From positions 1,258-65,257 of IMG/VR virus record IMGVR_UViG_3300021964_000052: a stretch of 64,000 nt of DNA; one strand, written 5' to 3'. Shown one piece after another: positions 16,301 to 29,400 of the stretch; position 1 is the first letter of the stretch, and each line of letters starts with the position of its first letter. The DNA comes from a virus (Duplodnaviria; Caudoviricetes). The notes beneath the pieces were generated by a model. The model made no database searches. It worked only from the letters and a program-made list of their open reading frames with translations, and was not told the DNA's origin. A program made the translations under genes and the position numbers.

Positions 16301-19300
16301 ATCTTCTACAACACCGTCTTCAGAGCTTCCTGCCTCATTAGATATATGTGTTTTACCGGCTGGTAGCTCACTGTCTAATTCTTGCATTCTAAAATGGAAT
16401 CCGGAAGAAAGTGTAGTATCTGATTTTACTCTAAGAGAGATTAAATATCTTGCATCAGGGTTAACTTTAAAAGCTGGCCATCCGGCTCCTATGCTATTAT
16501 CTGTAGAGCTATATATTTTTAACTGAGTTTTAGCAGCATCTGCATAAGAAATATTTGATGTAGTAGAACTTCCATAAACAGCTTTAATGCCTCCTGGTCT
16601 ACCATCTAAACCTGCAACTGTAAGATCTGGGTTAAAGTTTACTGCTCCAGCTCCTAGTATGTCAGCTTGATTGATTGTATTATCTTCAGTTAAATCTGTT
16701 GCACCTACTCTTACTGTACCTTTAAAAAATGCATCACTTCCTGTTACAACAAAACTTGGAGAAAATATACTACCCTGTTTAAAGTCGATAAACATACCAT
16801 CATCAGAATAAATTTCTGATTCATCTGGTCCGTCATAGTTAGTGGATACTAGCGCATTCGCTGCTATAAGGTTGGTAACGATTGCTTCATTACCTATATA
16901 AGTTGTATTATTACTAGAATTTATTGCATCAATTGCAGCCATTGCTCCTAAACTACTACTTAAAGTAGCTACAGAAGCGCTAGACTCTGATTGTAATGAA
17001 CCGGTTGCTACATCTAAAGCTGCTTGTGCTGTTTCTTCAGCTGCTGCTTGGGCTTGAGAAGCAGATAATGAAGCCGTTAAGGCAGTTTGATCTATACTAC
17101 CTTCTAATATACTAGAAGAAGCATTTAAATTACTAGTAGCAGTATCGATAGCACTAGAACTTGCTTCTGCTGCTGAACCGCTAAGGTCTGTATGTGATGC
17201 TACATTACCTGCTGTTACTGTTATTGAACCTCTAATTGTTAGAGATTCCTCTGAGGCATCCCATTTTAATTGATCCCCTAATGAGAAGTCTCCTGTGTTG
17301 TCTAAATAGAAGCCGGTTGAACCACTGTAGTAGTCACCATCTCCTACATATACCTTATTAGATTGGATTTGAACTCCTCCTATATCACCGGCTGTAGCTC
17401 TGATTGTTCCTTTGACATCTAGGTTTCCTGCTGCACTATCCCACGCTAAGTAACCTCCTGTAGATCCGGTAAGGAAGAAATTACCGTTATTAGCCATGAA
17501 AGTTTTCCATTCATTATCTTTATAGAATCCTAAATTAGTAGAACCTAAATAAAGACCATCAGATGAAGATACAGGTACTTTAACCAATCTACCTCTATCG
17601 TTTGTAAATACTCTATCATCTAATAATTGAGTAGTACTAGCAAACGAGCCAGAGTTAGTAGCAATAGATGCAGAAGCATAATCTACTGATTCACTATAAG
17701 CATTACTTGCAGATACCGACCCTGTAGCTACTGCATTTACTCTTGCTTCTTCAGCAGCATTAGATCCTGAAGTAACTGCATCTGCTACGTTTGTAGTAGT
17801 AGCAGCATTACCTCCAATAACATTAATATCACCTGACACAGTTAATGTACTTCCATCCCAATAGATATATTGCGGTGATGCAACTCCTGTTCCTGTCCCT
17901 ACTCTAAATTTACCTTCTCCATTAACATATAAACCGGTGTTAGCAGTTTCTGTTATATTAGTAGCTGTTGTACCAATTCTTATCGAACCGCTGTCGAAAG
18001 AACTAGAGATAATCATGTTATCGGTTTTTAATCCGAAATCTTCTACTCTTATTTGAAGATTACCATCATCTGCGTTATCTAAAGTTAGGTAGTTATTTTG
18101 ACCGCCTACTTTAAATGCAGCGTTTGTATACCAGTAGTTATTATTATTAATATGAATACCATCGTTAGACCCTTGAACATCTCTACCAATAGATACTTTT
18201 TGTCCTGTTTCTATTCCTCCTTGTACAGTTGCTACATGAAGTATACCTGCTATTGAACCTGTTTGTGCAGTAATAGTTCCTCTAAAGAATCCATTTTCAG
18301 TATAAATACCAAATCCTGGTTCATCATCTCCATAAAGGTAAGGTGAAGCTAATCCGCTTAAATCACCTAATCTAGTCTTTAAAGATAGGTCGTAAACTCC
18401 TGATCCAGTTCTTTCTACTATATCTATAAACGGAGTATACAAATCATTTGGATTTGCATTGGCTAAAATATACCCAGAAGATACATCTTGTATGTTTGAT
18501 AAGAACCAAAAATCTATAGCTGAGTTAGTAGTATCGGTTGCTGCGCTTTGAGTTTGAAAAAAGTCTTGGTGTAGCTCGATAGGGAATGTATGTAGGTCTC
18601 CGTTTACAGTTGGAGTATCATTTACCTTAAATCTTACCCATTCGTCTGTTCCATCTATAAGAGCAACAATATAACTTTGTTTATCAAATAGTGATAAGAA
18701 GCTTCCTCTATCTGTTCCATTGATATCAGTATCGTAAACTTGCAGCGATGTAGAACCTGTTATGTTGGTAGTTATGTGAGTAGAGCCACTTAAGAATTTA
18801 TACTCACCGTTATCATCAGGAGTCCCGGTAACATTATATTGATAAGGGAATTTATCATTATAGTCAGTACCGGTTGCGAATTTACCAGTTGAGACAAATA
18901 CTTGACCTTCGTTATAAGGTTTAGCTTCGGAAACTAATCCAGCTAAAAATTCTCTATCTAAATCTATCTTTAACACATCATCCCCCGCATTATGAGGTGC
19001 TGGTTGTGTATCGCCAAAGTCTCTAATTACATTTAAAGAAGCTGAAGCGTCTGTACCAGAGCCGGAAATTCCAGTAATCTTCATTCTTTCATCTCCGATT
19101 TTAATTACATCTTGTATAATTAAAGATCCCGTACTATCGATAGTTATAGTACCGCTTTCACCTGTTCCTGCAGTTGGCATAGCTATATCAGAGCTAAGAA
19201 CTGAGATTGAGCTAGATATTGAAGACGGGCCTATTGAACCATATTCTCTTCCTACGTAAAGCTCTCCTGCTAGACCGTCTGGGTCTATAGCTGGATTACC

Positions 19301-21190
19301 AGATCCTGATATTGAACCTGTAATATATGATAAAGTAGGATCTTCGCTAAATCTTTTAGAACCAGTCACATAAAGGTATTCAACAGAAAAGCCAGTATCA
19401 TCTACTTTCTTAGCCATTAATATTTCTCCTCTAGCAAAACCACTTGCGTTAGCAACTGACATTGTAGTATCGGTAGCGGACATAGTTACTGAACCGGCTA
19501 ATACTACACTACCACTTCTTAAAGCTTGTAATGTAGTTCCATTTGATACCATTAATTGTCCACCGACAACGTTAACAGATTCTTTTTCAAATACTGTTGT
19601 TCTCAGCGTTCCTCTAACTCTTACATTTTCAAATTCAGCGGAACCATTACCTAGAGTATCTAATCTATATCCTTTTAATCCGCTTACAAAGTCAGAGGAT
19701 TCTATTCTTCCTGATGAATGTAGTACTAATCCTGTCTCACCTTCTGCATATTGTCCACCGAATCCAGAATTAGGAATAGATCTAATTTGAGTATTAGTAA
19801 CCTCCCATCCTGCTATTTTATTTCCTTGTTGTCCGAACATTGCAATGGAAGAAGATATATCTGTCCCTTGTCCGTCAAATATTTTTAATCCGTATAAGTC
19901 TCCTGCAGCATTAGATATTTCTCCTAGTCTAATTATTTCTGCTGAACCTGTATCGTAAATTTGTATGCGTTGAGTACTAGAATCTATGTCGATAAAATTC
20001 GTGTCTAACTTAAATACCTCTGTCTTAATATCAACACCATTGGTTGAATCAAACCTTACGTAGTTAGTATTATCTTTAGTTAGGTCCAGGGTAGGAACTG
20101 TGTTGTTCATACCTATAATAATACCTGCAGTAGAGTCCTGGTCAAATGTTGTTTTTGATCCCATACGGATAAAGTTATCCGTTGCACCACCCTGTATTAC
20201 TACTTTATTAGCTGAACCGATATCTATACGAGATATATCTCCGTACATTACAATATTACCTTCTCCAAGTGACATAGATGCTTGAGTAGAAGATAATTCT
20301 ATGTTTGTAGCGTCTAATTCAAATCCACTTGTAAGAATATTAACATTGGACCCGTCATACTTAATAAAGTTTGTTGAACCGTTACCGGCATAAAATCTAG
20401 GAGTGCCTGAGTTTTCCTGTAGCTGAATACCCTTAGAGGCAAAGGATGCACTGTGGATTGTTATACTACCGTCAGATGAGTCTATTATTAGATCATCTTT
20501 AAATATTCTAGATGAGTTAATTTCCCATCCTGCTATTTTACCTCCGGTAAATAATACAGCTGAACCAGTTATATCACCGCTTCCCTGTACTATAAAATTA
20601 TTAGAGTTAATAAATGTACCAGCATTTGTTGGTGAACCACTTATAAAGATACTAGAAGCAAATGCTCCTCCGGGTCTAGAAACTAAAACATCATCTTTAA
20701 TTTCAAATCCTCCTATAAGACCGGATGATGCTGTAATAGATCCTTCTAACCTTGCTCCGGAAGCAATAAGTTGTCCACTAGAAGATACGGCATATGTAGA
20801 ACCAAAATGTTGATAGAAAGGGTATCCCTTACTCTCATCTGGTTCTAAAGTAATATAGTATTCATCTGCTAAAAGTCTAGATGAAACTCCAACTGTTGAT
20901 CCAGGGGCTTTATTTTTATCGTATAAGGAAGAAGAACGAAAATCTATTACTAATGTACTTCCTGTAATTTGTCCATCTCCAAGAAAAATATCTGCTACAC
21001 TACCTCCATCAGTAAGGAAGTTACCGAATGCTTCGGAACCTACAGATATATCTTGTTCTTCACCATTAGCCTTATAAAGTACTAATATGTTATTGTTAAG
21101 TGAACTTGAGTAATAAAACGATCTAAAATTCGCATCTACCTCTTCATGAGTTAGAGGTTCACCTTTAATATCTCTAAACGTTAAAGCCAT
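13364..21190 (-). CDS. Long tail fibre (2608 aa) with C-terminal intramolecular chaperone (peptidase S74)
   Basis: SDNRLKENI...IGVVAQDV...[18 protein letters not shown]-terminus; Gly/Ser/Thr-rich beta repeats (G.IGGW.I); N-terminus paralogous to 21214..22827. Confidence 0.9.
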   Translation of the reverse strand: MALTFRDIKGEPLTHEEVDANFRSFYYSSSLNNNILVLYKANGEEQDISVGSEAFGNFLTDGGSVADIFLGDGQITGSTLVIDFRSSSLYDKNKAPGSTVGVSSRLLADEYYITLEPDESKGYPFYQHFGSTYAVSSSGQLIASGARLEGSITASSGLIGGFEIKDDVLVSRPGGAFASSIFISGSPTNAGTFINSNNFIVQGSGDITGSAVLFTGGKIAGWEINSSRIFKDDLIIDSSDGSITIHSASFASKGIQLQENSGTPRFYAGNGSTNFIKYDGSNVNILTSGFELDATNIELSSTQASMSLGEGNIVMYGDISRIDIGSANKVVIQGGATDNFIRMGSKTTFDQDSTAGIIIGMNNTVPTLDLTKDNTNYVRFDSTNGVDIKTEVFKLDTNFIDIDSSTQRIQIYDTGSAEIIRLGEISNAAGDLYGLKIFDGQGTDISSSIAMFGQQGNKIAGWEVTNTQIRSIPNSGFGGQYAEGETGLVLHSSGRIESSDFVSGLKGYRLDTLGNGSAEFENVRVRGTLRTTVFEKESVNVVGGQLMVSNGTTLQALRSGSVVLAGSVTMSATDTTMSVANASGFARGEILMAKKVDDTGFSVEYLYVTGSKRFSEDPTLSYITGSISGSGNPAIDPDGLAGELYVGREYGSIGPSSISSSISVLSSDIAMPTAGTGESGTITIDSTGSLIIQDVIKIGDERMKITGISGSGTDASASLNVIRDFGDTQPAPHNAGDDVLKIDLDREFLAGLVSEAKPYNEGQVFVSTGKFATGTDYNDKFPYQYNVTGTPDDNGEYKFLSGSTHITTNITGSTSLQVYDTDINGTDRGSFLSLFDKQSYIVALIDGTDEWVRFKVNDTPTVNGDLHTFPIELHQDFFQTQSAATDTTNSAIDFWFLSNIQDVSSGYILANANPNDLYTPFIDIVERTGSGVYDLSLKTRLGDLSGLASPYLYGDDEPGFGIYTENGFFRGTITAQTGSIAGILHVATVQGGIETGQKVSIGRDVQGSNDGIHINNNNYWYTNAAFKVGGQNNYLTLDNADDGNLQIRVEDFGLKTDNMIISSSFDSGSIRIGTTATNITETANTGLYVNGEGKFRVGTGTGVASPQYIYWDGSTLTVSGDINVIGGNAATTTNVADAVTSGSNAAEEARVNAVATGSVSASNAYSESVDYASASIATNSGSFASTTQLLDDRVFTNDRGRLVKVPVSSSDGLYLGSTNLGFYKDNEWKTFMANNGNFFLTGSTGGYLAWDSAAGNLDVKGTIRATAGDIGGVQIQSNKVYVGDGDYYSGSTGFYLDNTGDFSLGDQLKWDASEESLTIRGSITVTAGNVASHTDLSGSAAEASSSAIDTATSNLNASSSILEGSIDQTALTASLSASQAQAAAEETAQAALDVATGSLQSESSASVATLSSSLGAMAAIDAINSSNNTTYIGNEAIVTNLIAANALVSTNYDGPDESEIYSDDGMFIDFKQGSIFSPSFVVTGSDAFFKGTVRVGATDLTEDNTINQADILGAGAVNFNPDLTVAGLDGRPGGIKAVYGSSTTSNISYADAAKTQLKIYSSTDNSIGAGWPAFKVNPDARYLISLRVKSDTTLSSGFHFRMQELDSELPAGKTHISNEAGSSEDGVVEDTRQISSFATASNGAALDLDDIGLGTSFTEYLFYYTPTESAVYASPIILNWTGAGTNEIIVDRVHIAPETLVKTKGSVGGWTIDSNAIYRGTELADDTFASSDGQITLGAGFIGAKQFKIASDGDATFRGLISGSTIEIGTTSNNIFKANNNGISLGHATFTSAPFRVTPAGALTATNATINGTITATDGTIGGWNIDSDAIFSSGSAKDTSGFTTSGITFAKAGSIHSTEFVIDNSGATFKGAITGGTIAIGSNFNVDAEGNLTASNADIAGSIVISSGATYDAINDAQSTANQATASASTNTSNINNLTTDVTNLDNRTFTNVSGSVVKAAIPSSTPGLYIGSNYLGFHSASHWATYMASNGDFYLSGSTGGLAWDASESELIVDGIISASEGYFAGNINAENMTLSGGSFSAPSITGGSLSIGSGNDIFRVASDGDMWIGHATQGSAEFQVTKAGALTATSATITGNITATAGTFSGNINLSGKLNANNFYFGSNVSGSDDGLYLNANNKWFADGSFKAGTANNFVEFDGSSLSVSGSIVGSTITVPNTANPKFAVAADGSVLATDANIEGTINASGGTIAGFTVTGNELVATGSDGNDSIEIVAGDAPSITIYSGSDARVRINRNTSLSATNTGAPLTMTGTISNTNNGTGFSNSTSGYVTFNFSGPLYNSDTTPPSSSAVTSAYDNVNASFSATINPQLTSHYIESEFSPYDPYGNGSVSHTVGITVGAELRKNYQGSISTIQTKLYNFGNSGSGDEVITLDTGNLDINFNGVTLQLGASYSVRTFIKSIVISAYASNGGGGLNVLSVDYRPPICSAVTVSAAAGTALEFSEITAGGMQVISATSKYVKMPVTTTGAQLEVGGAITATGNITAFASSDNRLKENIKIINSPLEKIHKLRGVYFDWKAGNENVHTFKGHDIGVVAQDVKHVLPEVVGEMHGGYLGVKYDKLTAVLIEAVKELSSKVEELENKLKD

Positions 21191-21213
21191 CTATTTTCTT
21201 TAAATTAAGTTAA

Positions 21214-22827
21214 CTAGGCTCCTGTATACATTATATAAGAAAGAGCAAAGTAAACTGGTATATTGTTAGCAGAACCTATAGTATGTGTATGACTACCATC
21301 TGCTGGTGTATTAGCATTTGTTGTTCCATTTCTATAATAAACCCAATCGTTGTCGTTATCTGAATCTCCACTACCTCTATAGTTAGTAGGTCCGACATAA
21401 TCAGCACCTGTTATAGTTCCTGAAGAACCTTGTCCTGGGTTAGAAGATTCTATGTAATATGAATCTTTATAAGTATGGGTATGTGCAGGTATCTGTCCAG
21501 CAGTTAAAGTATGTGCACCTGTAGTGCCTCCATGATCATGAGTATTACTACCTCCTGTACTTCCTGTCTGGTAAGTATTACCTGCTCCTATAATAAACCT
21601 ATCTGTAAGGTTTGGTGTACCACTAGTACCGTCACATAAATGCCAACCTGCAGGTATAGATGAATCATTACCTGACCACATTATTATTGCTCCAACAGGA
21701 ACAATTCCTGCTGATCTATATTTAACTTGATTAGATTCTAAGACTAAAACGTCATAACTAATTCCTGCTGTTCCTTGTCCTATATTTGATAATCCAACAG
21801 TTCCATCAACGTGTAATCCTCCTGAACCAGAAAGTGCAGAGTTAACATTTAATGAACCTGTAACTGTTGCGCTTCCCCCTATATTTAAATTTCCTGAACC
21901 GGTAATACTACCGCTTACAGTTAATGTATGATCAGCTATAAAATTATTATCTGATATAGCTACTGAACCATCTGCTCTGAAAGAAGCTACATTTATATGG
22001 TAAGCAGCATCATGACTTCCAGTTGCATATCCACTTAGTATACTAAAGGTATCTTGTGCATTCCCTATACTTCCTGTTTCTGTTTGAATTCCAACAACAA
22101 CGTGTCCGCCATTTGGTCCTTCTATAAATAAACCTCTAGAATTACCAGGTAAGTTTTGAGTTGTTACATTATTCTCTATTCTAGTATCAGAAGAGTTAAA
22201 ACTACCGATTAATGATCTGTAAGAATCAGATAAGATATTTCCTACTGCTATACTACCGCTAAAGTTATAATTACCTGCTGAGGTATCTGTAGTATTAAAT
22301 CCAATATCTCCATTACCTTTTAATCTTAATACTTCATCTGTATTGCTAGTTTTGAAAACTATATCTGAGTTATCGTTATCTATATTGTGTCTAATAATCA
22401 GATCGTCACTTCCTTCATCTATAAAGATAGAGGAGGAAATACTTGCACTAATAAGTCTTAATTCTGATTCGTTTAATATTACACTACCGTCATAAACATT
22501 AATTCTTTCTCCTGCATTTACAGTTGCAGTACCAATACCTAGGGCATTGAAAGAGCTATCAAAAATAAAATTTGATGAAGCTCCAAAGTTTCCTGAGTTA
22601 TTAAATTGGACTTGTTTATTAGCACCTGCAACGCCAGAAGTAGATCCTGAAGCATCTAAGGGTATTGATACAGATGAAGGTCCTTGAATAGAGCTCCCTG
22701 TATAATGTAATGTAAGTGTACTGTTGGTATTAGATAAAGATGCAGAATAAAAAAATGAACTTAAGTTTACGTCCATTTCATTGTAACTTAGTGCTGCTCC
22801 TTTATTTACTCTGAGTGTTATTGCCAT
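21214..22827 (-). CDS. Short tail fibre with tail-collar domain
   Basis: VPVGAIIMWSG...PAGWHLCDGTSGTPNLTDRFIIGAG; HxH metal motifs; P.YFALSYIM end. Confidence 0.85.
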   Translation of the reverse strand: MAITLRVNKGAALSYNEMDVNLSSFFYSASLSNTNSTLTLHYTGSSIQGPSSVSIPLDASGSTSGVAGANKQVQFNNSGNFGASSNFIFDSSFNALGIGTATVNAGERINVYDGSVILNESELRLISASISSSIFIDEGSDDLIIRHNIDNDNSDIVFKTSNTDEVLRLKGNGDIGFNTTDTSAGNYNFSGSIAVGNILSDSYRSLIGSFNSSDTRIENNVTTQNLPGNSRGLFIEGPNGGHVVVGIQTETGSIGNAQDTFSILSGYATGSHDAAYHINVASFRADGSVAISDNNFIADHTLTVSGSITGSGNLNIGGSATVTGSLNVNSALSGSGGLHVDGTVGLSNIGQGTAGISYDVLVLESNQVKYRSAGIVPVGAIIMWSGNDSSIPAGWHLCDGTSGTPNLTDRFIIGAGNTYQTGSTGGSNTHDHGGTTGAHTLTAGQIPAHTHTYKDSYYIESSNPGQGSSGTITGADYVGPTNYRGSGDSDNDNDWVYYRNGTTNANTPADGSHTHTIGSANNIPVYFALSYIMYTGA

Positions 22828-22829
22828 GG

Positions 22830-23873
22830 TTATATATCTAGTTTTACTACAATAGTTGTATCGTTATCAGGCGATTTAGGTACCGGTTGACCAAGCTTCG
22901 CTACTGCTATTAACTCATTAGTATCGTTATATAGCCCTACAGTTGTCATATAAGGCTTAAACATACTACCGGTTATTATATCTGCTAAAGATCCACTTGT
23001 ATCTTTTAATGCAGATGGATTTTGTGTAAAATTATATTCACTTTCTTTAACTCTACAATGGTAGTTATATGTATAAATAGGTTGAGAAGATTTCCAAGAC
23101 AGACTACCACTAAAGTAATTTCTGTAATAATCTCCTACTGCAGGGTTAGATATAATAACTAGTCCGTGAGAGTAAATAATATTTCCAACTACTCTTTGAG
23201 GGAGAGAAGAAGAAAGGATTAAATTTCCGTTTCCATCATCTATAAGGTCTGTGTCATATTGATCTGGTCCGCCAACTATAAACTCTTCTTCAAGTTCATT
23301 AACATAATCTCCTTCATTATCTATATAATCTCCGTCATCAAGTATATCGGTAGAGCCGTATAGAGTTTCTACTTCTTCAAAAAAGCTTTCAGAAACAAAG
23401 TTACCAGATGCATCAGATGCAGTAAATATATAATTAGATCCAGATCCTTCTATGTCTGGTGATATACGTACACTACCGGGTTTAATGTGTAATCCAAATA
23501 AATTTTGAGGAATAGAGATAACGGTAAATTCTGACTGTGCTCTTCTTTGATTTTCGGTATAAGAACTTTGAAGATAATTTTCAAAAACAGATCCAGTCAG
23601 CTCTTGAGAGCTAGTAGCTGGTAGACCGTTATGAAATCCTGAGTAATATAGATGGTGAATACTATTATAAACTAATCTAGAGTAGTGTTCGTAATTCGTT
23701 CCTAAAAGTCGAACATCACTGCCGCTAGGAAGAAAATCTCCAGACCCAGATATACCTACATATGTTTCAACACCATAGTCATCATGCTGACTTCCACTTA
23801 CTATAAAGCTTTTATGAGCAGTATAGGTGGTTATAAATGCATCTTGTTTGTTGAATTTTTTGTAAGCGCTCAT
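22830..23873 (-). CDS. Structural (baseplate/tail) protein
   Basis: C-terminal YMTTVGLYND..LIAVAKL..P..K shared with the next gene; structural context. Confidence 0.7.
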   Translation of the reverse strand: MSAYKKFNKQDAFITTYTAHKSFIVSGSQHDDYGVETYVGISGSGDFLPSGSDVRLLGTNYEHYSRLVYNSIHHLYYSGFHNGLPATSSQELTGSVFENYLQSSYTENQRRAQSEFTVISIPQNLFGLHIKPGSVRISPDIEGSGSNYIFTASDASGNFVSESFFEEVETLYGSTDILDDGDYIDNEGDYVNELEEEFIVGGPDQYDTDLIDDGNGNLILSSSLPQRVVGNIIYSHGLVIISNPAVGDYYRNYFSGSLSWKSSQPIYTYNYHCRVKESEYNFTQNPSALKDTSGSLADIITGSMFKPYMTTVGLYNDTNELIAVAKLGQPVPKSPDNDTTIVVKLDI

Positions 23874-23876
23874 TCA

Positions 23877-24893
23877 TTAATAGTCAAGTTTGATTCTAAC
23901 TAGAGCTTCTTTAGTAAAATCTTTTAATAATGGTGAAGATAATTTAGCTACTGCTAATAGATCATTATTTTCGTTATATAGTCCAACTGATGTGATATAG
24001 CTCTGCGGGTTATTAACCATTACATCATGTCTCAATTCTCCTGAGCCTGTAATATTAGAAGGGTTAGAAGAGTAATTAAATTCACTGTTTCTAACTCTAA
24101 CGAATACGTAATTAGAAGAAATAGTTTCTTCAGAATTTAGTTTAAAAGAACTCCCACTTATTATAAGATCAGAAAAGTTTATATTGTTTCTACCGTTTTC
24201 AAAAGACGATCCTGTATTGAAAGAAAACTGTGTTAATGTTTCTGCAAATGCAGTAGGGTTTAAAACTAATATACCTACGTCAGGTAAAAACTTTCCGTAT
24301 GAACCGAATGATGTACTGTATCCTGTACCTCCATCAAAAGAAGAACCGTTTGAACCGCTTATGATTTCATAAACTCTACCAGCATCGTTAAATGTTATAG
24401 AACTAACATCATTAGAATTATCAGTTAAATGTATATCGTTTGTACCGTCGTTTAAGGTTAAGTTTAAAGTTCCTGGTAGAATTTTTTCTTTATATCTAGC
24501 TCTATCTACTGATATTACAAAAATACCTTTAGTAGAAGGTGAACCTCCAAAGCTAAAATCACTATCTTCGTCTCCTAGTACTAGCGATCTATATTGACCG
24601 TAGATAGTAGAAGAAGGTGATTTACCTGCAACGTTACTATTATAATCTGTTGAACCTACACCTGTTGAGTTACCGTATGCTACAGAAAACTGTATAGCTG
24701 CAGAAGCAGAAGTTGCATTAGCGGATGGATCTTGATGATATAAATCTAAATAGTAGTCTCCTGATGTACCTGCAACTTGCGTTGATGATGTATGAAATGA
24801 AGTTAATTCATAAGTGTCAGTTGACCATACCGTTGATGATATTGAATCAGCACTTACTACTACGTCTTCGTTATCGAATCTTTTGAATGACAT
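23877..24893 (-). CDS. Structural (baseplate/tail) protein, paralog of 22830..23873
   Basis: YITSVGLYNE..LLAVAKL..P..K. Confidence 0.7.
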   Translation of the reverse strand: MSFKRFDNEDVVVSADSISSTVWSTDTYELTSFHTSSTQVAGTSGDYYLDLYHQDPSANATSASAAIQFSVAYGNSTGVGSTDYNSNVAGKSPSSTIYGQYRSLVLGDEDSDFSFGGSPSTKGIFVISVDRARYKEKILPGTLNLTLNDGTNDIHLTDNSNDVSSITFNDAGRVYEIISGSNGSSFDGGTGYSTSFGSYGKFLPDVGILVLNPTAFAETLTQFSFNTGSSFENGRNNINFSDLIISGSSFKLNSEETISSNYVFVRVRNSEFNYSSNPSNITGSGELRHDVMVNNPQSYITSVGLYNENNDLLAVAKLSSPLLKDFTKEALVRIKLDY

Positions 24894-24899
24894 ATCTTA

Positions 24900-25562
24900 T
24901 TAATTGTTTACTTTAGTTACTGTTACAGGAATAGTAATTCTAGCTCCTGAATCTCTACCTATTAATGTAATAGTGGTTTGTAGTTGAGATCTAGAAGAAC
25001 CGAATAATGTGTTAACTGTAGTAGCACTGAGGTTAATAGTTGTTCCGATTACTGTCTTAGATACATTAGTACCTAAAGTAGTTTGTGTATTTAATCTTTC
25101 TGCTTCTGCTGTTTGAATACCAACACCAGAAAACGATGACATAAGTCTTGCGTCTGCTATAGTTGCTGTATACCCACCTGATTCAAATGTTTGTGAAGCA
25201 CCTAGATAGTTTAAAGTTTGAGGAGTAATCGCAAGAGATGCTCCTTGTTTTAATGTTATAGAAGCATATCCTGCCTCTAATATAGGAAGTTTTGCTGTAC
25301 CTCTTGGCAGAGTAGCAAGCTTATATTTCATTACCTGAGTCTCATCAGGGAAAGCTTCCAGTAGTGGCATGTTTTCAATAGCTTCGCCATAGTAAGCAGA
25401 ACCTGAAGGATGAGTTGGATTATAAAGTGTATAATCTATTTCATCATCAGCTAAAGCAAATTGTGTAATTTTAAAAGAGCCATCTCCTCTTGCTAGAAGC
25501 TCTCTTCCTTTCTTTGTTAAAATTGCGTCGACTGTTACGACGGAGTTATTTAAGTATCCCAT
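24900..25562 (-). CDS. Structural (baseplate/fibre attachment) protein
   Basis: LTKKGRELLA...ITQFALADDEIDY motif; context. Confidence 0.65.
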   Translation of the reverse strand: MGYLNNSVVTVDAILTKKGRELLARGDGSFKITQFALADDEIDYTLYNPTHPSGSAYYGEAIENMPLLEAFPDETQVMKYKLATLPRGTAKLPILEAGYASITLKQGASLAITPQTLNYLGASQTFESGGYTATIADARLMSSFSGVGIQTAEAERLNTQTTLGTNVSKTVIGTTINLSATTVNTLFGSSRSQLQTTITLIGRDSGARITIPVTVTKVNN

Positions 25563-25581
25563 TTGTTCTTATGTTATATTA

Positions 25582-25589
25582 TATAAATA
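25582..25589 (-). promoter_or_regulatory. Putative late promoter (TATTTATA)
   Basis: Intergenic, about 20 nt upstream of the 24900..25562 start. Confidence 0.45.
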
Positions 25590-25604
25590 TATGAATTTAA
25601 TCTT

Positions 25605-26474
25605 TTATATACTACATTCAGTTATACTACCTGATATAAACCCTGTATTATCAACTGTTAGTACATTTCTATTATCTTTTACCCAAATTTTTCTATTGGT
25701 TAAAGGTATTACTCTATTTTCTTCTATTTGAAATATTCTACTTCCCGATACAGGGGTATCTGATATTCCGGTAAATAGGAATGTATTTAGATCTCTATCT
25801 GATAAAGATTGAGAGCAAATAAAATTATCATCTGAACCTGTTAGGTAAGAAGCTGCTTTAAAAGGTTTTCCTGCTATGGCTGGATCTATTCCACTAAAGT
25901 CTTCTGATGTAGTTTCGGTACCTCCGTATCTAGCATTCGTATGTCCTGTATGTGTGTAATTTGAATCGACTACATCTGCTAGGTCTGCTGAACCTGAAAT
26001 AATAGCATTATAATTTGTAGGTCTTACTGGTGCAATACCACTATCTGCAACAATAGTATTCCCTTCTAGTCTATCTACTTGGAATTTAAATTTAGATGTT
26101 CTGTTGATAGAAGCATTACTTATTAACGCATTATATTCGTTATTTCTAAATTGCTCAGGTAAATAAGGGTTAATTATTACAGCACTGTTAGTACTATCCG
26201 ATACTGTGTTAGCATTTATATCAATCGTATTAAAGTAGTAGTATGTGCTCTTTTTAGAGCCTGCCTCTACTATTAGATTACGAACATCACCGGTATCAAC
26301 AGGTATTTTTATTTCCTTTAATTCATTTAAAGACAAACTTATATCTTGACCATTACTAGATGTTCTACTAACAACTATAGCTTTAATCTTCTTTACTCCA
26401 TTTACAGTTCTTTGAAAGACTCTAATTTCTCCTGTTTGAGGCGCTATGTTTTTAAATTGTTCTAAATTAGGCAT
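25605..26474 (-). CDS. Hypothetical structural protein
   Basis: ORF track; structural module context. Confidence 0.65.
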   Translation of the reverse strand: MPNLEQFKNIAPQTGEIRVFQRTVNGVKKIKAIVVSRTSSNGQDISLSLNELKEIKIPVDTGDVRNLIVEAGSKKSTYYYFNTIDINANTVSDSTNSAVIINPYLPEQFRNNEYNALISNASINRTSKFKFQVDRLEGNTIVADSGIAPVRPTNYNAIISGSADLADVVDSNYTHTGHTNARYGGTETTSEDFSGIDPAIAGKPFKAASYLTGSDDNFICSQSLSDRDLNTFLFTGISDTPVSGSRIFQIEENRVIPLTNRKIWVKDNRNVLTVDNTGFISGSITECSI

Positions 26475-26483
26475 ATCTTATAA

Positions 26484-29400
26484 TTATTGTTGTCCTCCAT
26501 CAAATCCTGCTTGTTGAATTAACATTGTTCTTGTTATTCCTCCACCTGTAACTGATACAATTGCTGTTCTAGCTTGTATATGTACATTTCCATCTAGAGT
26601 AATTAAACTGCTGTCGTTATTAGATCCAGATGCTGTTCCGATACCTACCCAGTTTTCAGTACAAGATACAGACCAATTTACGTTTGAAGTTATAGTTAAT
26701 GTAAAGGTATCAAAAGTACCATCACTATTTGAATACGAGGTCGGTGAAATAAATAAGTACGCACTAGTATAGGAAACTGTATCTGTAGCAGCTGCGCCAG
26801 TATTGTTCGCTAAGTCTCTTAAAGTAACAGAAGCTGTTAGTGTACCTGAGTTAAGTCCGCTAATATCTACTCCTAGTATACTTTGAGAAGCATTGCTACC
26901 AATTAGTGCCTGACCTTGTACCTGTGTACCTCCCCCACTTGAATTAATTGTATAGTTAATTACACCACCCGTTGTATTAGAGGTTGTAGGTATGTTAGTT
27001 AATGCAAGTGTAGCATTTGTACCTGAAGTGGATATAACTACGCTATGTCCTGCAGGTGCAGTAGCGTCTTTGATGATTGTGTCAAATACATTCGTACCTG
27101 GGTTACCTGCTGTATCTTCTAAGGATGCGCTAACCTCTATAGCACCTTCACTAAGGCTACTCATATTAATGTTAATAGATTGAGTAGCAGCATTAGTAAT
27201 AGTACCTGTTTCTTCTACTTCTATACTACCGTCTGAAGCTGTTACATAATAAGTAGCATTTAGTTCACCGTCATATATGTAAGCAAGTGTGCTACCTACA
27301 GTACTAGCGTTGGTATAGGTTCTATTATATCCAATAACGTCTAAGGAATATCCTGTAGGAGCAGTTGTATCAAAAGCTCCACAATTAGATCCTGTTCCAA
27401 CTGTTCCTTGATGTATTCCTGAACCTGAGATTTGTATTACTATATTAGATCCGTTTACCACTCTCCATTGAGCATTACCGTCTAAAGTGTTAATACCGTT
27501 TACATCAGTATATATTATATCACCAACAGCGGGTATAGAACCTGCTCCATCGTGGTAAAATGTTTGATAAACAGGTGTAATACCGCAAGCTAATTCGTCT
27601 GTAGATGTTGCTGTATTAGACATTTGAAAAGCTGTAAAGCTAACATTAGATTCTGATACAAATGTTATATCGAACTGTAATGGTGGTTGATTAACTTTCT
27701 TAAATATATTAGCTATATTTAATTCTCCTGAACTAACAGTTAAGTTACTTCCGCTTAGCTCTCCGTCATATTTAGGTCTATCGTTGCTAACTATTCTAAA
27801 TAATGATCCAGACTTGGTAGCTATAGATTCTGAATATGCTGTTGAATATGTTTTAGATCTATCACTAAAGATACCTCCTTCAGATCCAGTCGCTGAGCTT
27901 ATTTTTATTTCAGCTTCATAACCTTGATCTGGTCTAGTACCTGTAACTGTAGGGGTCTTAGCTTTTGATCTGTTTAAAAAATTAGGTTTAATTATTATAC
28001 CTGTATCGATAGATGATCTAGCAGGTGTAAAGTCTTTTATCATTTTAAATAAGACATTATCAAAAAACTTTATTAATCTAATAAAATCATTTAATTGGTA
28101 CTTATTTATACTACCTAAAATTTCATTTGCCTTTCTCTGTAAAGATTCATACTTAGTAGAGTTAAACTCTCTAGGATCTCCTAAATAGTCTCCTATATTA
28201 AAATCAGAAGATAAGGTGCTAGTAATATATTCGTTTATAGCATCGGAAGGTGAAAAACCTATCTCTATCCTATGTATATCTTCTGTATATGTTGTTTCAG
28301 GTTTCTTAATTGAAGCAAATTGTGATAGAGTACTACCGCTAATTATGCTACCTGAGTTTTCTATTCTTATTTTATCTAATGAGCTAGTAACATTTTTTTC
28401 ATATCCAACAAACTTTTCTCCTTCTATATCTCCTCCTCCGTAAAGTTTTATATCTAATATATCAGCCGGTATACCAAAACAGTTAATCAATGCTCTCATT
28501 CCTCTTTCTGTACCTTTAGATTTAAGTAGTAGAGGTAAATTATGATAAATACGTTTATATATTTCTCCTGTATAATTAGTTATAGCCACAGGTTGTGAAC
28601 CTTGTACAGCATCTGTTACAGTTACATAGTTATTGATTATTTCTCCTTGACTTCCACTTTGGTATCCTTCTCCGGTAAATAATTTAAATATTTCACTTAA
28701 AGAGTTTTCAGAATTATATAACCTTACTCCAAAGTTTTTAAGTACTTCTTCTACTAAGTCTTTAGATATTCCTACGTTAAGTCTATTATCATTATCGTAT
28801 TTATCAGTTACAGCTTTAGTGTAAATGTATATATTATCAAAATGCTGTCCTAGCATATGTGCGAACAGAAGAGCAGAATCATTATTAGAATCCTCTCTAA
28901 TAAAAGAAGGAATAGCATTAGATAAAGCACTATAGTTAGTAGAATCAAATGCGGAGGCACTTGCTAATTGATTGTTATACCATGATTGAGCTATATTATT
29001 AGAGCTAACATAATTAGTATGAGGTTTAGACGTCGTACTTTTAGGCCAAGAGAAGCTTCCGCTTTCATAAAATAGTTGTTTCTCGTAATGATCAAAGTTA
29101 TTTACTACTCCTCTTATTAATGATTCATAATAATCTCTACTTCCTGATATACCTGTTAGGTTATATGAGCTATCGTTAATTAAAGATAAGCTATTTTCAT
29201 AACTGTTTATTAGATCTAGCTTATATTTAAAGTTTCTTAATCTTTCTTCAGCAGAAGAGAATTGTATAAATGAATCATAAGAAGAATAATCTATACTTAA
29301 CTGTGCTCCTTTATCGTTAAATAAGGAATATGCTTCATAATAGCTGCTAGAAATAGGGTAACTAAATAGCTCATCGTAATTTAGATATTTCGACGGGATA

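Noticed and set aside
11805-21190. Diversity-generating retroelement acting on the fibre or tip protein
   Set aside because: No reverse transcriptase and no adenine-specific template/variable repeat pair were seen in the window.
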